A DNA stretch of 63,972 nt, filler included, from Ministeria vibrans ATCC 50519 (taxonomy: Eukaryota > Protista > Filasterea), in the NCBI GenBank assembly GCA_943704425.1. It is 16 parts of 16 records of this genome, joined end to end, with 100 filler letters (N's around TTAATTAATTAA, not from the genome) between each part and the next. Parts side by side here need not be neighbours in the genome. Positions count along the whole stretch, not along the records: positions 36,761 to 38,057 come from CALSCP010000192.1; positions 38,158 to 42,183 come from CALSCP010001351.1; positions 42,284 to 43,478 come from CALSCP010001942.1; positions 43,579 to 50,134 come from CALSCP010002077.1; positions 50,235 to 52,086 come from CALSCP010000250.1; positions 52,187 to 54,506 come from CALSCP010000944.1; 10 more parts are not named here. The stretch is one strand, 5' to 3'. The translations under genes were made by a program, and so were the position numbers. Shown here piece after piece: positions 36,983 through 52,217 of the stretch. The notes under the pieces are model-generated. The model did no database searches. It saw only the letters and a list, made by a program, of their open reading frames with translations, and had not been told where the DNA came from. Position 1 is the first letter of the stretch; each line of letters starts with the position of its first letter.

Positions 36983-37559
36983 GCACGGCACCGTCGGGAG
37001 CACCAGCGAGTAGTTGGTAGAACATGTGAAAGGAACGTTCGCCAGAGGTCTGACTGACGACACGAGACTTTTCCAGGAGATAGTTTGTGATGTCGCCGCC
37101 AACAGGCGAGCCGATGTAGTCGAACTGCATGTCCATGTACTTGCCGAAACGAGACGAGTTGTCGTTGCGGAGCGTCTTGGCATTGCCAAAGGCCTCGAGG
37201 ACGGGGTTCGACTGAAGCAGCTGTTCCTTGACCTTGTTGGCGACGGGACCCGAGCCACTCACGGCCACAATGAACTGCATGATCTTCTTAGACGCCTCCG
37301 TCTTGCCCGAGCCACTCTCGCCAGAGATGATGACACACTGGTCGACGTTTCGTTCGTGCATTGAGCGGTGTGTTTCGTCTGCAATCGCAAAGCTTCAAGG
37401 ACAAGTGTCAGAAAAAAAAGGGGGGGAAGAGACACTGGCTTACATGTGAGGGGACATTTCAAAGAGATTCTTGTCGCGGTAGTCATTGACGTGTTTCTCG
37501 GTGTAGATGGGCAGTTCGTGGTACGGATTGATGGAGACGAGCACAGGGCCGATGTACGT
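36983..37559 (-). CDS. Class I myosin motor domain, N-terminal part (partial)
   Basis: [36 protein letters not shown] (P-loop), [32 protein letters not shown]. Confidence 0.93.
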
Positions 37560-38157
37560 CTACGGAGAACGCACGAGACATGTCAGGGAGGGTGTGGTGG
37601 GCGCGTGCGCGGACCGCAAATGCCGCAGTGGGCTGAGGGGGAGAGGGGGGAGGGGGGGAAAGAAAAAGAGAAAAAAAAAGGGGAAGAGTGCGGTGGGGAG
37701 TGGGGAGAAGGACAGGGACGAGTGGAGGGGCGAGCAGAAGGAGAGAATGGGGCAACGAGTGGTGTGTAGCAGCGGGCGATGGCGAGAACGGAGGGCGGCA
37801 AAGAGCACAGCGGGATCAGCGTCAAACGTCCGACGTAATCAACGGTCAAAACGGGCGGTCGCTGATCGGCGGACGACGGGCGCAGCGGCGACGGCGAGCG
37901 GGTCGACGACGACGGAGAAGCCCTGCGCCGTCTATGGCCGCGAGTGCGATGCAACGCACGACGGGTGGCGCGCGCGACAGAGAGAAGAGCCGAACGAGAG
38001 AGCTCAATCTTGACAATGCAGTACGGATCCGAAAAGCCAGTGCTAGAACGTGGAGGGNNNNNNNNNNNNNNNNNNNNNNNNNNNNNNNNNNNNNNNNNNN
38101 NTTAATTAATTAANNNNNNNNNNNNNNNNNNNNNNNNNNNNNNNNNNNNNNNNNNNN

Positions 38158-38210
<53 letters not shown>

Positions 38211-38215
38211 ACTTA

Positions 38216-38357
38216 CGACAAGCTGGTCAAAGTCAGTATCGTGCGCAACGGGAGAGTGTTTGCTGTAGGCGATGCGCATCTCGAGGCCCATCTCGCAAAA
38301 GTACGCAAAAGCGGTAGACATGGCATCGCGAAGATCTTTGCACGCCACCTTGCTCAT
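38216..38357 (-). CDS. First exon of an unknown gene (MSKVACKDLRD...FDQLV|gtaagt)
   Basis: ATG followed by a canonical donor; divergent from the ZnT gene. Confidence 0.4.
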
Positions 38358-38484
38358 TGGGGACGGCGGGAGAAGGGCAAGGCGAGGCGAAAATACTGAA
38401 TTTTGAATATTCAATATAATAATTAATCATAAATCATTGCAAGTTCACAGAATTGACTAAGGTCTAAGTTCACCTTTTTTTTCA

Positions 38485-39744
38485 ATGGCGTCTCAATCGG
38501 AATCGTATTGGTCTGACTCGGATGACGAAGCTGATCGCGGGGAAACGGCGCGACCACAGGGGGTCTTACGATTGAAATTTTTTGCCAGCTTTTTTGCACT
38601 GTTTGCAACGGCTGAAGTGATCGCAGGACTCGCTATAAACTCAACTGTGCTCATTGCGGACGGGATCCACCAGGTATCCGACGTCATAGGCATCTTGGTG
38701 GGACTTGCAGCGGCAACAGCGTCCGCCAAAGACGTCCGGGCGGGTGTCGTTGGGGCGTTCTTCAACGCGAGCTTTCTTGCGGCCGCCTGCCTCTTCCTGA
38801 CGCTTCAGGCGCTCCACCGAGTCATCGACCATGTGGTGTTGGGCGATGGGAATGCCAGCGGACTTGATTCGCGGCAGCCCTACATCATTGTGGTCCTGGG
38901 CGGCGTCTCGCTGCTCCTCAACCTTGTGGGCGTTGTGCTCTTCCACGGCCACGGCGCCCATGGGCACACGCACGGCGGTGGGGGCCACTCCCACACTGCC
39001 CCGCTGCCAATGCAGCCCTTGCGGTTTGATCCACGTGATCAAGCATCGGTCGTGGTCAACGACGACGACGACGACGACGACGAGGACGAGGAGGGGGACG
39101 ACGTGAGCGAATCCAATCGTCTCCTCCAACACCACCCCACCACCACGACTACGACAACTACCACGAACAACGATGACGACGTCGAACTCATTTCTTTCAT
39201 TGGCGAACAGCTCAACCAAAGCAACGCGCACAGCCACAGCCACAACACAATGGATTCGGCCAACGCAGCAAAAAAGCGCACGCCCGACTCCAATCTACAC
39301 GTCATTTTCTTACACTGTCTGGGTGACGTCGCATCGGCCCTGTCCGTCATCACATGCGGTCTTCTCCAATGGAAATCTCATTGGCACTACAAAATCTTTC
39401 TCGACTCGCTCTTCACCCTGCTCATTGTGACTCTTTTGGCATTTTTAGCGCTACCCATTCTCATTCGTTGCGCCAAAATTCTTCTCAATCAACCCCCTCC
39501 ACATTTCACTGCCCTCGATCAGCGCTCTCTCCGACTCAACTTGCTTCACAAAATCCCTCTCATCACTCACATCCGGTCCTTGCGCGCAACGCAACTCAAC
39601 GACTCTCGTTTTGACCTGCACATTCAGTGTCAATTGGACCATACTATTCAGCAAATCACGGTCGCTCAGCTGTCAAACGACATTAAGAGAGCCGTAAGAG
39701 ACTCTCTTCCTGATGTCTTTTACATTTACATTGACTATGTATAA
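38485..39744 (+). CDS. Cation diffusion facilitator zinc transporter (SLC30A1/ZnT1-like), intronless
   Basis: LIADGIHQVSD and FLHCLGD metal-site motifs, His-rich loop HGHGAHGHTHGGGGHSH, 6 TM + C-terminal domain. Confidence 0.9.
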   Translation: MASQSESYWSDSDDEADRGETARPQGVLRLKFFASFFALFATAEVIAGLAINSTVLIADGIHQVSDVIGILVGLAAATASAKDVRAGVVGAFFNASFLAAACLFLTLQALHRVIDHVVLGDGNASGLDSRQPYIIVVLGGVSLLLNLVGVVLFHGHGAHGHTHGGGGHSHTAPLPMQPLRFDPRDQASVVVNDDDDDDDEDEEGDDVSESNRLLQHHPTTTTTTTTTNNDDDVELISFIGEQLNQSNAHSHSHNTMDSANAAKKRTPDSNLHVIFLHCLGDVASALSVITCGLLQWKSHWHYKIFLDSLFTLLIVTLLAFLALPILIRCAKILLNQPPPHFTALDQRSLRLNLLHKIPLITHIRSLRATQLNDSRFDLHIQCQLDHTIQQITVAQLSNDIKRAVRDSLPDVFYIYIDYV

Positions 39745-39817
39745 CAAAAGCAGCAACCGATGCGAATAGATTTTGAAAAACAAAAATAAGAATAACGAGT
39801 GTGTGTTTTACTGAGAA

Positions 39818-41735
39818 TTATTCAGGGAAGTGATCTCCATACATTCCCGGATCGCCCTACGATAGCAGAGAGAAAAAAAAGAGATAGAGAGTTAGTGATA
39901 GTGCATGTGTATATGTGTTTCTCATTCAGTCAAGACTCGTTCAATCACACACTCAACATCTCATTCAGTCACTCTCGCAATCACAAGCACAAAACATGCA
40001 CACACACACACACACACACACACACTTCTCTCTTCTCTTTCTATCTTACATCTGGGTTCTGCTTGAGCCATCTTGCATATCTGCGTCTGCGTCCGCTCGA
40101 CGCAAGCGCCTCTCGTTCCTCAATCACCTATTATAATTATTATTTTTATTTTAACTAAATACATCATTCACTATCACTCAAACACATTCACATTAATTTC
40201 ATATAGCATAATACAATTATTTCATATGACGTATAAAAAACGGAATAATTCGATACCGAATACCATTCAAATGATCAATCAATCCACCAAACATAACTTT
40301 CTCACTTATTACCTTTTCGTCATTAAATTGAGTCAAATTCTCTTTGATCCACAATTTTCGCGCAATCAGAGAATTTCGCTCACTTTCCTCCAAACAGTCA
40401 AACTTGTCCACTGAGTATTTCAGTGCACGATAAGTCAAATAATATTGCTCCTCCTCACTGCAACGACGAAAAAAGTTGGTACAATTGAGTCAAAATTGTG
40501 GACTCTTTCTTACTTGTAGTCCAATTTTAGAACATTATGCTTGTAGTGCCAATCCCAGTTCCATTTGAGATACATACAAAAGCGATACGGGCTCATAACA
40601 ATCTGTGCCCAAAGAATATCACTCCACTAACACCACAGACAAAACAAAAAAAAACAAAAAAAAATAATATCAGTAACGTTTTGTGATCAGAATTCTTCAG
40701 TGATCCCAGTGACTTGCTCAAATGTGTACCTTTGGTTTTTTCCAACCGCCTTTAAGCTCCATATGTCCATCTTCAGCACATTCAATCAGCTTTTGAGTCA
40801 CTTCTTCAGTTTTCATCTGAACATCACAATATAATTATGACAATAATTAGTTGATATAATTTAGTTGATGTCTTCTTCTTCTCGTTTTTCCTACCTTTTG
40901 CTTTTTGTAGTTTGCTTTGAGAAATCCGTGGTCGATTGCGCGAGTGATCATTCTAATAAAACGATACATAAATCACACGACTCATAATAATTATTAACTT
41001 TTACTTACTTTTGTCTCGTTCGAGTGTCATAGACCAAAATACCGTTCATTGCTTGATCGTACATTTTCCACCGGACAAAGTATTGTAAGAGAGAAATCTA
41101 CATGTACGACGAGACAAAGAGATAAACTGACATAATAAAGTGGGACACACAAACACAAAACGTACAATGGTTATAGTCCAAAAGAAGACAATGCGAATGT
41201 CCACTTTGGGACTCAAACGACGCTTGTAGTACGTGTACTGGTTGTACAAGACATCCTCAGGATGCTCCAGGTAGTAATCGTACTCTAAAAGACACATCGG
41301 AAGCACATCAGTCGTTCCAAATTTGACGATCGAATAATAATAATAATTTCTAGTCACCTTTGCGCGATTCTTCATTGCTCAGAATCTCATAAGCGTTTGC
41401 GAGTTGGATGAATTTCTCCGTTGCATCGGAGGCCTTGTTACGATCGGGATGCAGCTTGCGCGCGAGCGTCTTGTACGCCTTGCGAATCTGGAACGCGTGT
41501 GGGGTTTGGGGAAAAGGAGCAAAAGCAGAGTTTAAAGGGCGAAAAACGCACTGGCGCAGAGCCACGCGAGGCCTACCTGCTTGTCTGTTGCATCGGGGGC
41601 GGCGCCGATGATCTCGTAGCAGTTGTCGGCGCCGCAGTAGAGCGTTTCTTGTTGCTGTGCGTGAGTTTCGTCCACTGCGGCCACAAGAAGCACCAGCGCG
41701 AGCAGCACGCCCGGCACGCCACGGGGAATCACCAT
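39818..41735 (-). CDS. DNAJC25: DnaJ homolog subfamily C member 25
   Basis: Signal peptide, [12 protein letters not shown] domain with [34 protein letters not shown]. Confidence 0.9.
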
Positions 41736-42283
41736 CTCGCTTGCCGCTGCGGGGTTCGTCGGTCACGATCCGTGAAAGAGAGAACACAGAATGAGTAATC
41801 AATAAAAACGATAGTCAAACGTGATCTACAGTTCTCACCACGTTCTCACTTGTCCCCTGGGCTCTGCGACTTGAGTAGTCAGTCAACTGACTCAACTTAG
41901 ACAACTCGGCAGCCTACCCTGACTTTTTGTTTTCTTATCACTGATATGACGTTTCTTATCTTATCTCGACTTTCGTCCAGAATTGACTTTTCGACTTTTC
42001 GACTAATTTTGTAAATAATTAATCTCAAGTTCTCAACTCACTTTTTTTTATCTCTTCCCGACCACTTACCGATTCACGCATTGAGTCTATTTTAACTCGC
42101 GCTCACCATGGCAACAACCTCGCAGACAACCACTTTTTCTGGCCACAAATTCGCTTTTGTGGTCGGACGAAAAAAATTCGACGNNNNNNNNNNNNNNNNN
42201 NNNNNNNNNNNNNNNNNNNNNNNNNNNTTAATTAATTAANNNNNNNNNNNNNNNNNNNNNNNNNNNNNNNNNNNNNNNNNNNN

Positions 42284-42343
<60 letters not shown>

Positions 42344-42353
42344 TTGCACGTAC

Positions 42354-42980
42354 GTCGAAGAGCGACGCCGTCTGAAAGACCTCCTCCTTGCGCACTCCCG
42401 CCTCCAGCGCAACCTTGTTGAACGTCGCAATGTTCTCCATCTGCTTGAAGGCCATGCCGCCCCGGTGGATCTGCTTCTCAGGAATCGATCCCGGCTTGAG
42501 AGCGTTGGCAAGGTCGCACAGAAGCTGACACACACACACACACACACAAAACAAAACAAACACAAAAACAAAAATATATTACGTCAGTGGATTTTGTTTT
42601 TGCTATTCCCGAAAATCGACAGCGAAAGAGCGGCTGTCGCGCAATGGAGCAGCATCATTGGTGAGTGTAGGGCGAGAGAGGCAGAGCAGGGAGCAGCAGG
42701 GGGGGCGGCAGGGCGGAGTGAGGTACCTGGCCGTTCTTCAGAAGAGCGTGCATGGACTCCTCGCCTTCCCCGTCGACATTGACGCCCTCGGAGGGCGTGC
42801 CCTTCAGGCGCTGCTTGAGCACCGCACGGATACCCTGGTCGCAGCCGATGTTGTAGCTGAAGAAGTGCAGAAAAAGGTAAAAAAAAAAGGAAGTTTGGTT
42901 GAACTTGAGACGCACTTGGCCTTCTGCTTTGCGCGCAGCTGCGAGTCCAGTCCACCCATCTCTGCCGGTCGTTCTGCCAT
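42354..42980 (-). CDS. Calponin/transgelin/myophilin-type CH-domain protein (partial)
   Basis: MAERPAEMGGLDSQL..LKNGQ|LLCDLANALKPGSI..AFKQMENIATF..VFQTASLFD. Confidence 0.85.
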
Positions 42981-43642
42981 CTTGGTTGGGTTGGTTTTTT
43001 GCGTGAAATTTACGGCTTGAAAAAAAGTGAGACAGTCACTGACAGTCTGACAGTGAGAGTGACTGACGGACTGAGTGTGTTGCCACTTGACCATTGTCTT
43101 GCAAGAAAGCGTAAATATTATGAAGAATAATCGAGCTGGCCGTCAAACAGCCCTCACACGCCTCCCCCTTGCCCACATAATCTCTGATTCCTTGGTCGAG
43201 TACACCTCAAACACGCGTGGCGAATATGGTTGGACTGTGGACATTCAATTGTCGATTGTGTCAAAACGAAAACTGAACGTCATATAAGGAATTAATGTCC
43301 TTTACGACCATCCATCGTATCACCGGATAGATCTTATAACATATCAGAGATACACTACACTCACAACCGAAGACGGCGTGCGCTGAAACGGCGTCGATGC
43401 TTCGAGACGAGTCTTTCTTTTTCCAGACGTTTCCAGCACTTTCTCGCACAATATTTCTCGACAGTATAAAAGCGCCGANNNNNNNNNNNNNNNNNNNNNN
43501 NNNNNNNNNNNNNNNNNNNNNNTTAATTAATTAANNNNNNNNNNNNNNNNNNNNNNNNNNNNNNNNNNNNNNNNNNNNTACAGGGGATGGCGCAGAGGAA
43601 GGGGACGGGCTGTGCAGCGAGAAAAGTCAAAGAGGAATGCGT

Positions 43643-43726
43643 ATCTTTCTGTCGACGTGATCCCTTCATCCGTCTTCTGATTGTGCGATCAGCTTTGTGC
43701 ATCCTACTACGCGCCAGTCGACCCAT
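43643..43726 (-). CDS. ZNF593: First exon of the ZNF593/Bud20 ribosome biogenesis factor
   Basis: MGRLARSRMHKADRTIRRRMKGSRRQKD matches the family N-terminus (MG..R..H......K..RR.KDLD). Confidence 0.55.
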
Positions 43727-44006
43727 ACTGGAGAAATTGGTAGTGACGGTTATATAATAATGATTAAATTTTTTGATCTTGAACAAATTCTGTCACTTTG
43801 GCAGAAGTGTACCGTGAGTGAGCCTGAAGTCTCAACCACTTACTAGTAGCTAAACACTAGTTACTACTCCGTACTTCATACGCAGTAATCCGTACTTGTA
43901 ACTACTACCTAATAAATACGGGTGAAATACGGTAGATCACTCACGTCCTCAAAAGACAAAAATAACAAAAAATTAAAATTATTAATATTATTATTACTTT
44001 TTTGAA

Positions 44007-44603
44007 ATGGAGCACTCATACCAGTCGTACAAGAGACCACGGGCAGCATACATGGACCACACGGTGATTCGGCATCAGACGGAAATGATGGCGTTCATTA
44101 CGGAGCGAACGCGCAGACGCAACGTGATCACCGGCGTGGTGCTTGCCTCGTTTGTAACTGGCGTGTGTAAGTGGACAGGAGAGAGCGAAAGAGAGAGAGA
44201 GCGAGCGAGCAAGGAGGAGCGACGGAAACGTTTCCACCATTTTTTTTTTTTGTGTGTGTGTGTGAGTCTGTCTCATCTCCGCCACTGCCATGGCATCGTT
44301 CCCATGTTCACGGGATTGGGGAGCGCTATGCAGAGTGCGACAGTCGTGCTAGGCAGCGCAGTAGCACGTTCCTTTGCGACACGGCTGCGAGTGTGACACA
44401 TTGTGCGAGTTGCTGCAGTGGTGACATGTTGCTCGTCCCTCATGAGACGCTTTGTTCCTTTAGATGGCTACACGATGTACCAGTTGAGCAAGAACGCCGC
44501 CGACGACTTCACTGATTTTGAAGACCCCAACCGAACTATTCTGACCAAGGAGGCAATGTTGCGTCGGCAGGCGGAGGCGGAGGCGGCCAAGAGCCAGAAG
44601 TAG
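44007..44603 (+). CDS. COA3: Cytochrome c oxidase assembly factor 3 (CCDC56), intron 44168-44463
   Basis: RRRNVITGVVLASFVTGVY|GYTMYQLS..DDFTDF pattern. Confidence 0.75.
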
Positions 44604-44734
44604 AAACCCTTTATTTTGATTTTGATGCAACGTACTAGTAATAATTTGTTTTTCACACAAAATCAAACGGGATAGAAAATTTAAGAATAATATAAATAGT
44701 AAGTAATGTAAGTATTCACTGAACAATGACATGG

Positions 44735-47384
<2,650 letters not shown>

Positions 47385-48069
47385 GTCGACGGCGGCAACC
47401 GGCGGCGTCACGTCCCTGCTGTCGGACGCTTGTCTTTTCCCTCGCCAGTCCCAGGTTCCTTGTTTTTTTGGTTTTTTTTTTAGTTCCTTCACGAAAAAAA
47501 AAATGACTCTGTCGTCAGTTCTTACCGGGACCGTCGTCTGTGCCCATAGCACTCATTGTAAGTCTTCAGATGTGAGTGTATAAGGGTGCCAGGGTGCTAG
47601 AGGTAGTGTTTGGTCGACCAATTAAAAGAAAGAGGAAAATGTTTGATTAATTATTCTTCTTTTTGTTGGAAGTTCGATTTATTCGAATCAAGTATGTCCC
47701 TCTCAGGATATGGCTTATCTGGTGCCTATCGCGTCACTTGTCTGGCCATCAGCCAACCTGTCTCTGTTTCCTCTCGACGCTTCCGTCGCTTAGAAAGTGG
47801 GTTTGAGCTGTTTGTGTTATCGCTTCTCGTTTGTGATTGATGATAATTATGTTCTTCTTCTTTAAATATTCGGACGTTCCCACAAGTGTGACATGAACGC
47901 ATCTGAGATCAAACAAAGCTTATAGCCTATAGGTAATTGGTTAGTCGAAGGAAGGCAGACAGACGACATACACAGCATACAGTGATAGTCTGTGACGAAC
48001 GCAGTCGATTTGATTAGAAGTATTATTGCTTTATTAATTGTACAATAATAATAATTAGTTGTACATGGC

Positions 48070-50093
48070 TTACAAATCGCTGTTGGGAGTCTCGAGAGAT
48101 GGATGTATGTGCTGAAAGGCAGACTGTATAGACTGGAGAGAGTGAGCCCATTGTTTTCGCTCGCGAGCGTGGCTCGCCACGACTGTTTTGAGCAACGCCA
48201 GCCAGTCGGCTGAGTCGTCGGGAGGCACTCCATTGGTGTACTCGCTAACAGAGAAAAACAAGGCAGGAAAAATTAAAAGGAATCAACAAAGGCGTCCAAT
48301 GGTGTACGTGAAGAGGGTGTTGACATCGTGGTGGACGGTAGAGCGAAGAAGAGCAACGCGAGACTCGACCGAGTAGACACGGGCAAAAAGCACGAGGTTG
48401 GTGAGAAGCAGCAGTAGGGACAAGGTGACAAGGGCAATGGTGGCGGGCGTCATGAAGGCAGCGACGGGCGACGGCGACGGCGACGACGACGAAGCATTGC
48501 CGCTACTGCTGCTGGAGGGCTGGGGCGTGCTTGTGGGGGTTGTGGGTGAGCGGGAAGCGGTGGGAGCAGTTGGGGAGGCTGATGCAGTCGAGGTGACGGA
48601 GAGGGAGCGCGGGGCGGGAGGAGGCGCAGACGGATTGGAGCTGGACACGCGCGCACGCAGCGTCTGCTCCAAAAGGTTATAGTGGGCGGCCAATGACTCT
48701 TGCGTGCTGCTCTCAATGAAGTCTAAACAAAAACGCGTGAGCGAGAGAAGATGGGAGAAAAAACAAGATAATAAATAATATAGTGTGTGCTTCATGTGTG
48801 TGTGTGAAGGTGTTGTTGTTGTGTGTGAAAACACAAAGACAAAATAGGGCGTACTTTTGATCACACTCCAGACGGACTTTGTGTATCTGATTTCAGCGGT
48901 GACAAGCAAAAGGGAACGGCACGGGGCGATCTGGGTGATGCAGTAGCGGTTGTGGGTGATAAAGGAGTCGCCATACATGACACGCGGAGTGGCGACAGTT
49001 GTCTCAAAGGTGTACTGGGCATTGGGACGTGTGACAATACGCTCTTGGCGCTCTTCGACTTCGGCGCTCTTGGGCCCAACTGTCTTGTTGACGGGCACGG
49101 TGTATGCGACATGGCGTGTGTGTGTGGATGATGCGCACGTATTCGTGCTGCTGTTGGAGCTTGTGGTGAGCTCCCATGCGCCAATGGAAGAGTCACGAGT
49201 GCCGTTCTGGCGCCACAGCTCACAAAAGAAGCCTGATTCATCGTTGGCCGAGAAGAGCAGGTTTTCGAGAGTGGCGGCGTCGACGGAAAACTCGGCATTG
49301 ACGTACTCGCGGGAGTAGTGATCTTCGCATGAGCAGCGGGTCGCATACGTGACAGAAGAGGGAGGAGAGGGAGAAAGAGAGCGGGGTAGCGGGGATCGCG
49401 ACTCGGGGGCCGATGCCGCCGATGTTGCTGTGGTAGCAACACTAGAGGCAGCACTAGTACTAGTAGTGAGGGTGAGAGTAGCGGGTGCTGTGGAGGCAGA
49501 GCGAGCTTCGGGTTTGGAGGCTGACACAGCCTCTGATGTAGTCGTGGATGGTGGAGGCAGGCTGGCCCATGACGTGGGCGCTGACGCGTTTGCAGGTGTT
49601 TCGGGTGCTGCTGCCATAGATGATGAGGCTGCTACTGCTGCTGCTGCTGTTGTTGTTGTTGTTGTTGTTGCCGGTGATGGTGTCGTCGTGGATTCCACCG
49701 TCGCTGCGTCCGTAGTTGTTGCATCGGTGGCTGTGACTGCCTCCAAATCGACGGCGCTCTCGTCCCTCTCCGTTTCGTCGGCAGACGCGCCCGGAGACAC
49801 TTGCGGCGGCACATCGCCAACGACCGCCCTCCAGATGCAGCTGAGTCGTAGGAGTTGCTGGTCGCGGGATATGATGGAGCAAAAAGTGAATCTTTTGCCC
49901 TCTTTGGTGTACACTTTGATGGCGTTGGGAAAGAGCAGCGCCGTCTTGACTGGCGAGATGCGAGTGACCGACTCGAGCGGAATCACCTCAATGGTCTCGT
50001 AGCCCAGCAAGTTGCTCCGGAAACACATGAACCGTTCGCTGACATACACACGGCCCTGCAAGAGAATGTCGCGAGACAGAGCCGCCGCAAAGT
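48070..50093 (-). CDS. GRAMD1: GRAMD1/Aster-like sterol transporter (GRAM + VASt + TM), 5' partial
   Basis: FAAALSRDILLQGRVYVSERFMCFRSNLLG (GRAM); VGPKSA, TPRVMYGDSF..RYCI (VASt); C-terminal TM. Confidence 0.88.
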
Positions 50094-50362
50094 CTGGAAA
50101 AAGTAGAAGAGAGGAGAAAAAAAAAAAAAAAACANNNNNNNNNNNNNNNNNNNNNNNNNNNNNNNNNNNNNNNNNNNNTTAATTAATTAANNNNNNNNNN
50201 NNNNNNNNNNNNNNNNNNNNNNNNNNNNNNNNNNGTCAGGCAACATCCTTTTGGGCGATCCAATGTGGCGGATCGACAGCCGACCTCGTCTGCGAGAGGA
50301 AGTACACATAAATATCGTCAATCATTTATCGCATTTTCCTTTTGTCAATCAGTGTTCTTACT

Positions 50363-51765
50363 GAAGTGCATTCTCCTTCTTCGGTTTTCCCGCTGAGAGA
50401 CTGAGTTCGTGAAACTCTTCGTGTGCATTCAGCAGAACCAAATCCGGTCCAAATACAACGCGACTCTTTTGTTTCTACCAAACCACAACACATAAAAAAA
50501 ACCGATGATTGTATTTTCAATGGAAAAAATTCTATCGTCAAAATAGTTTGGTGATCTCTTTCTTACCTGGTAGTCAAAGACAAGAACAGCGCAATTGTGA
50601 GGGACACGGTAGCTCACTACTCGCGTTTTGTCACGCACAGTCGTCTCTACACGCACACAAGACACAAAGCGTCAACAACACTAACAAAATAATGCAAAAT
50701 CTAGTTTTGTTACTTACTCTCGACGAGCGACTCAAAGTAGGCCAACTTGCGCACTTCGGGATTCTCTGAGAATCCTCCACCATTCTGCAGCAGTTTCTCA
50801 GTGAGCGACGACAACGGCTTCTCCCACAGCTCTTCGTTCTCATTCAAAAGCACTCGAGCGGGACCTAAAAACACCAAACGTTAGACCTTTTTTTACTCTA
50901 GAGCTCGCACACTGCATTTTTGTACCCATGACAGTGTTAATGGTTCCAGAGCGCACATCACGCACATAAATGCCCTCAGAGTTGCCCAATACAATGGTTC
51001 GTCGTCGGTCAATGACTTCCGCCTCAATGGGCGGGATGTAGTCGGACGGTCCGCGCAATAGCCACCGCTCACCCGCACATCGTTTCACTGTTGCCCCTTC
51101 TTCTTCGCCAATTGCACTCTCCGTAAAATCCTTGACTGCGAACAACACAAGTGCTTCATCATCGCCCAGAATGAATGCCGACTGCGGATCGGATGTCAGC
51201 ATGGTCTCGCCGGGTCGCACAAAGAAAGACGTTGGCCCGATCACGAGTTTCCTATTCAGAACGATTGCGCGTGAGTGTGCAACGAGTTACAGACGCCACA
51301 TAAAATAACAAACATAAAAAAAGAACTATGCATACCTTTGACCCCACAAAGGCTTCGACGTCTTCCCGTCAAGTGGGTTCACAATGACTACCCACTCGCG
51401 CGGTGCCAACACCGTGCGCGTCAGCACTCGCACAAGTTCTTCGTTAATAGAGGGCAGAAACGTGCGCGCCATTTCAACCGTCACAATCCATCTATAAACA
51501 AAAAAACGACCATTACAATATTCCTATTGATCTTTTTTTTTTTTTTGCTTTTTATATACTCGTCGCCAATGCTCCTTTTGACGCCAAAGCGGTCTTTGAA
51601 GTTGCTACAGACTGCGCGAATGTGCAGTGCCCGCTTGTCCGTCAGCTGCTGAGCCATGTCCTTGCCAAGACACCGTTCGTAGGCACTGGCCAGGTACGAG
51701 CCGGGAGTTTCCACAAGAAACTCTTCGCCAGCGGCTCTCTTGACGCCACTCGCGTCAATTGTGTC
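50363..51765 (-). CDS. MVP: Major vault protein (repeats ~4-9, partial)
   Basis: RAAGEEFLVETPGSYL, AGERWLLRGPSDYIPP, EGIYVRDVRSG, RDKTRVVSYRVPHNCAV, SRVVFGPDLVLL, LSLSAGKPK. Confidence 0.9.
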
Positions 51766-52041
51766 CTACCCCCCAAAAAAAATTATAAGATTTACTTCAA
51801 GTCCTCTCTCTCTATCACTTTGTTTCTCTCTATCACTTTGTTTTTTTCTCTCTCTCTATCACTGTCTTTTTCCCTCCCTCTCTATCACCTTGCCTCTCTC
51901 TCTCTCTATCACATTGTTTCTCTCTCTATTACTTTGTTTCTCTCTCTCTATCACATTGTTTCTCTCTCTAACACTTTGTTTCTCTCTCTCTAACACTTTG
52001 TTTCTCTCTCTCTAACACTTTGTTTCTCTCTCTCTAACACT

Positions 52042-52086
<45 letters not shown>

Positions 52087-52186
52087 NNNNNNNNNNNNNN
52101 NNNNNNNNNNNNNNNNNNNNNNNNNNNNNNTTAATTAATTAANNNNNNNNNNNNNNNNNNNNNNNNNNNNNNNNNNNNNNNNNNNN

Positions 52187-52217
<31 letters not shown>

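Noticed and set aside
42108-42183. ORF start MATTSQTTTFSGHKFAFVVG at the contig end
   Set aside because: Too short to assign
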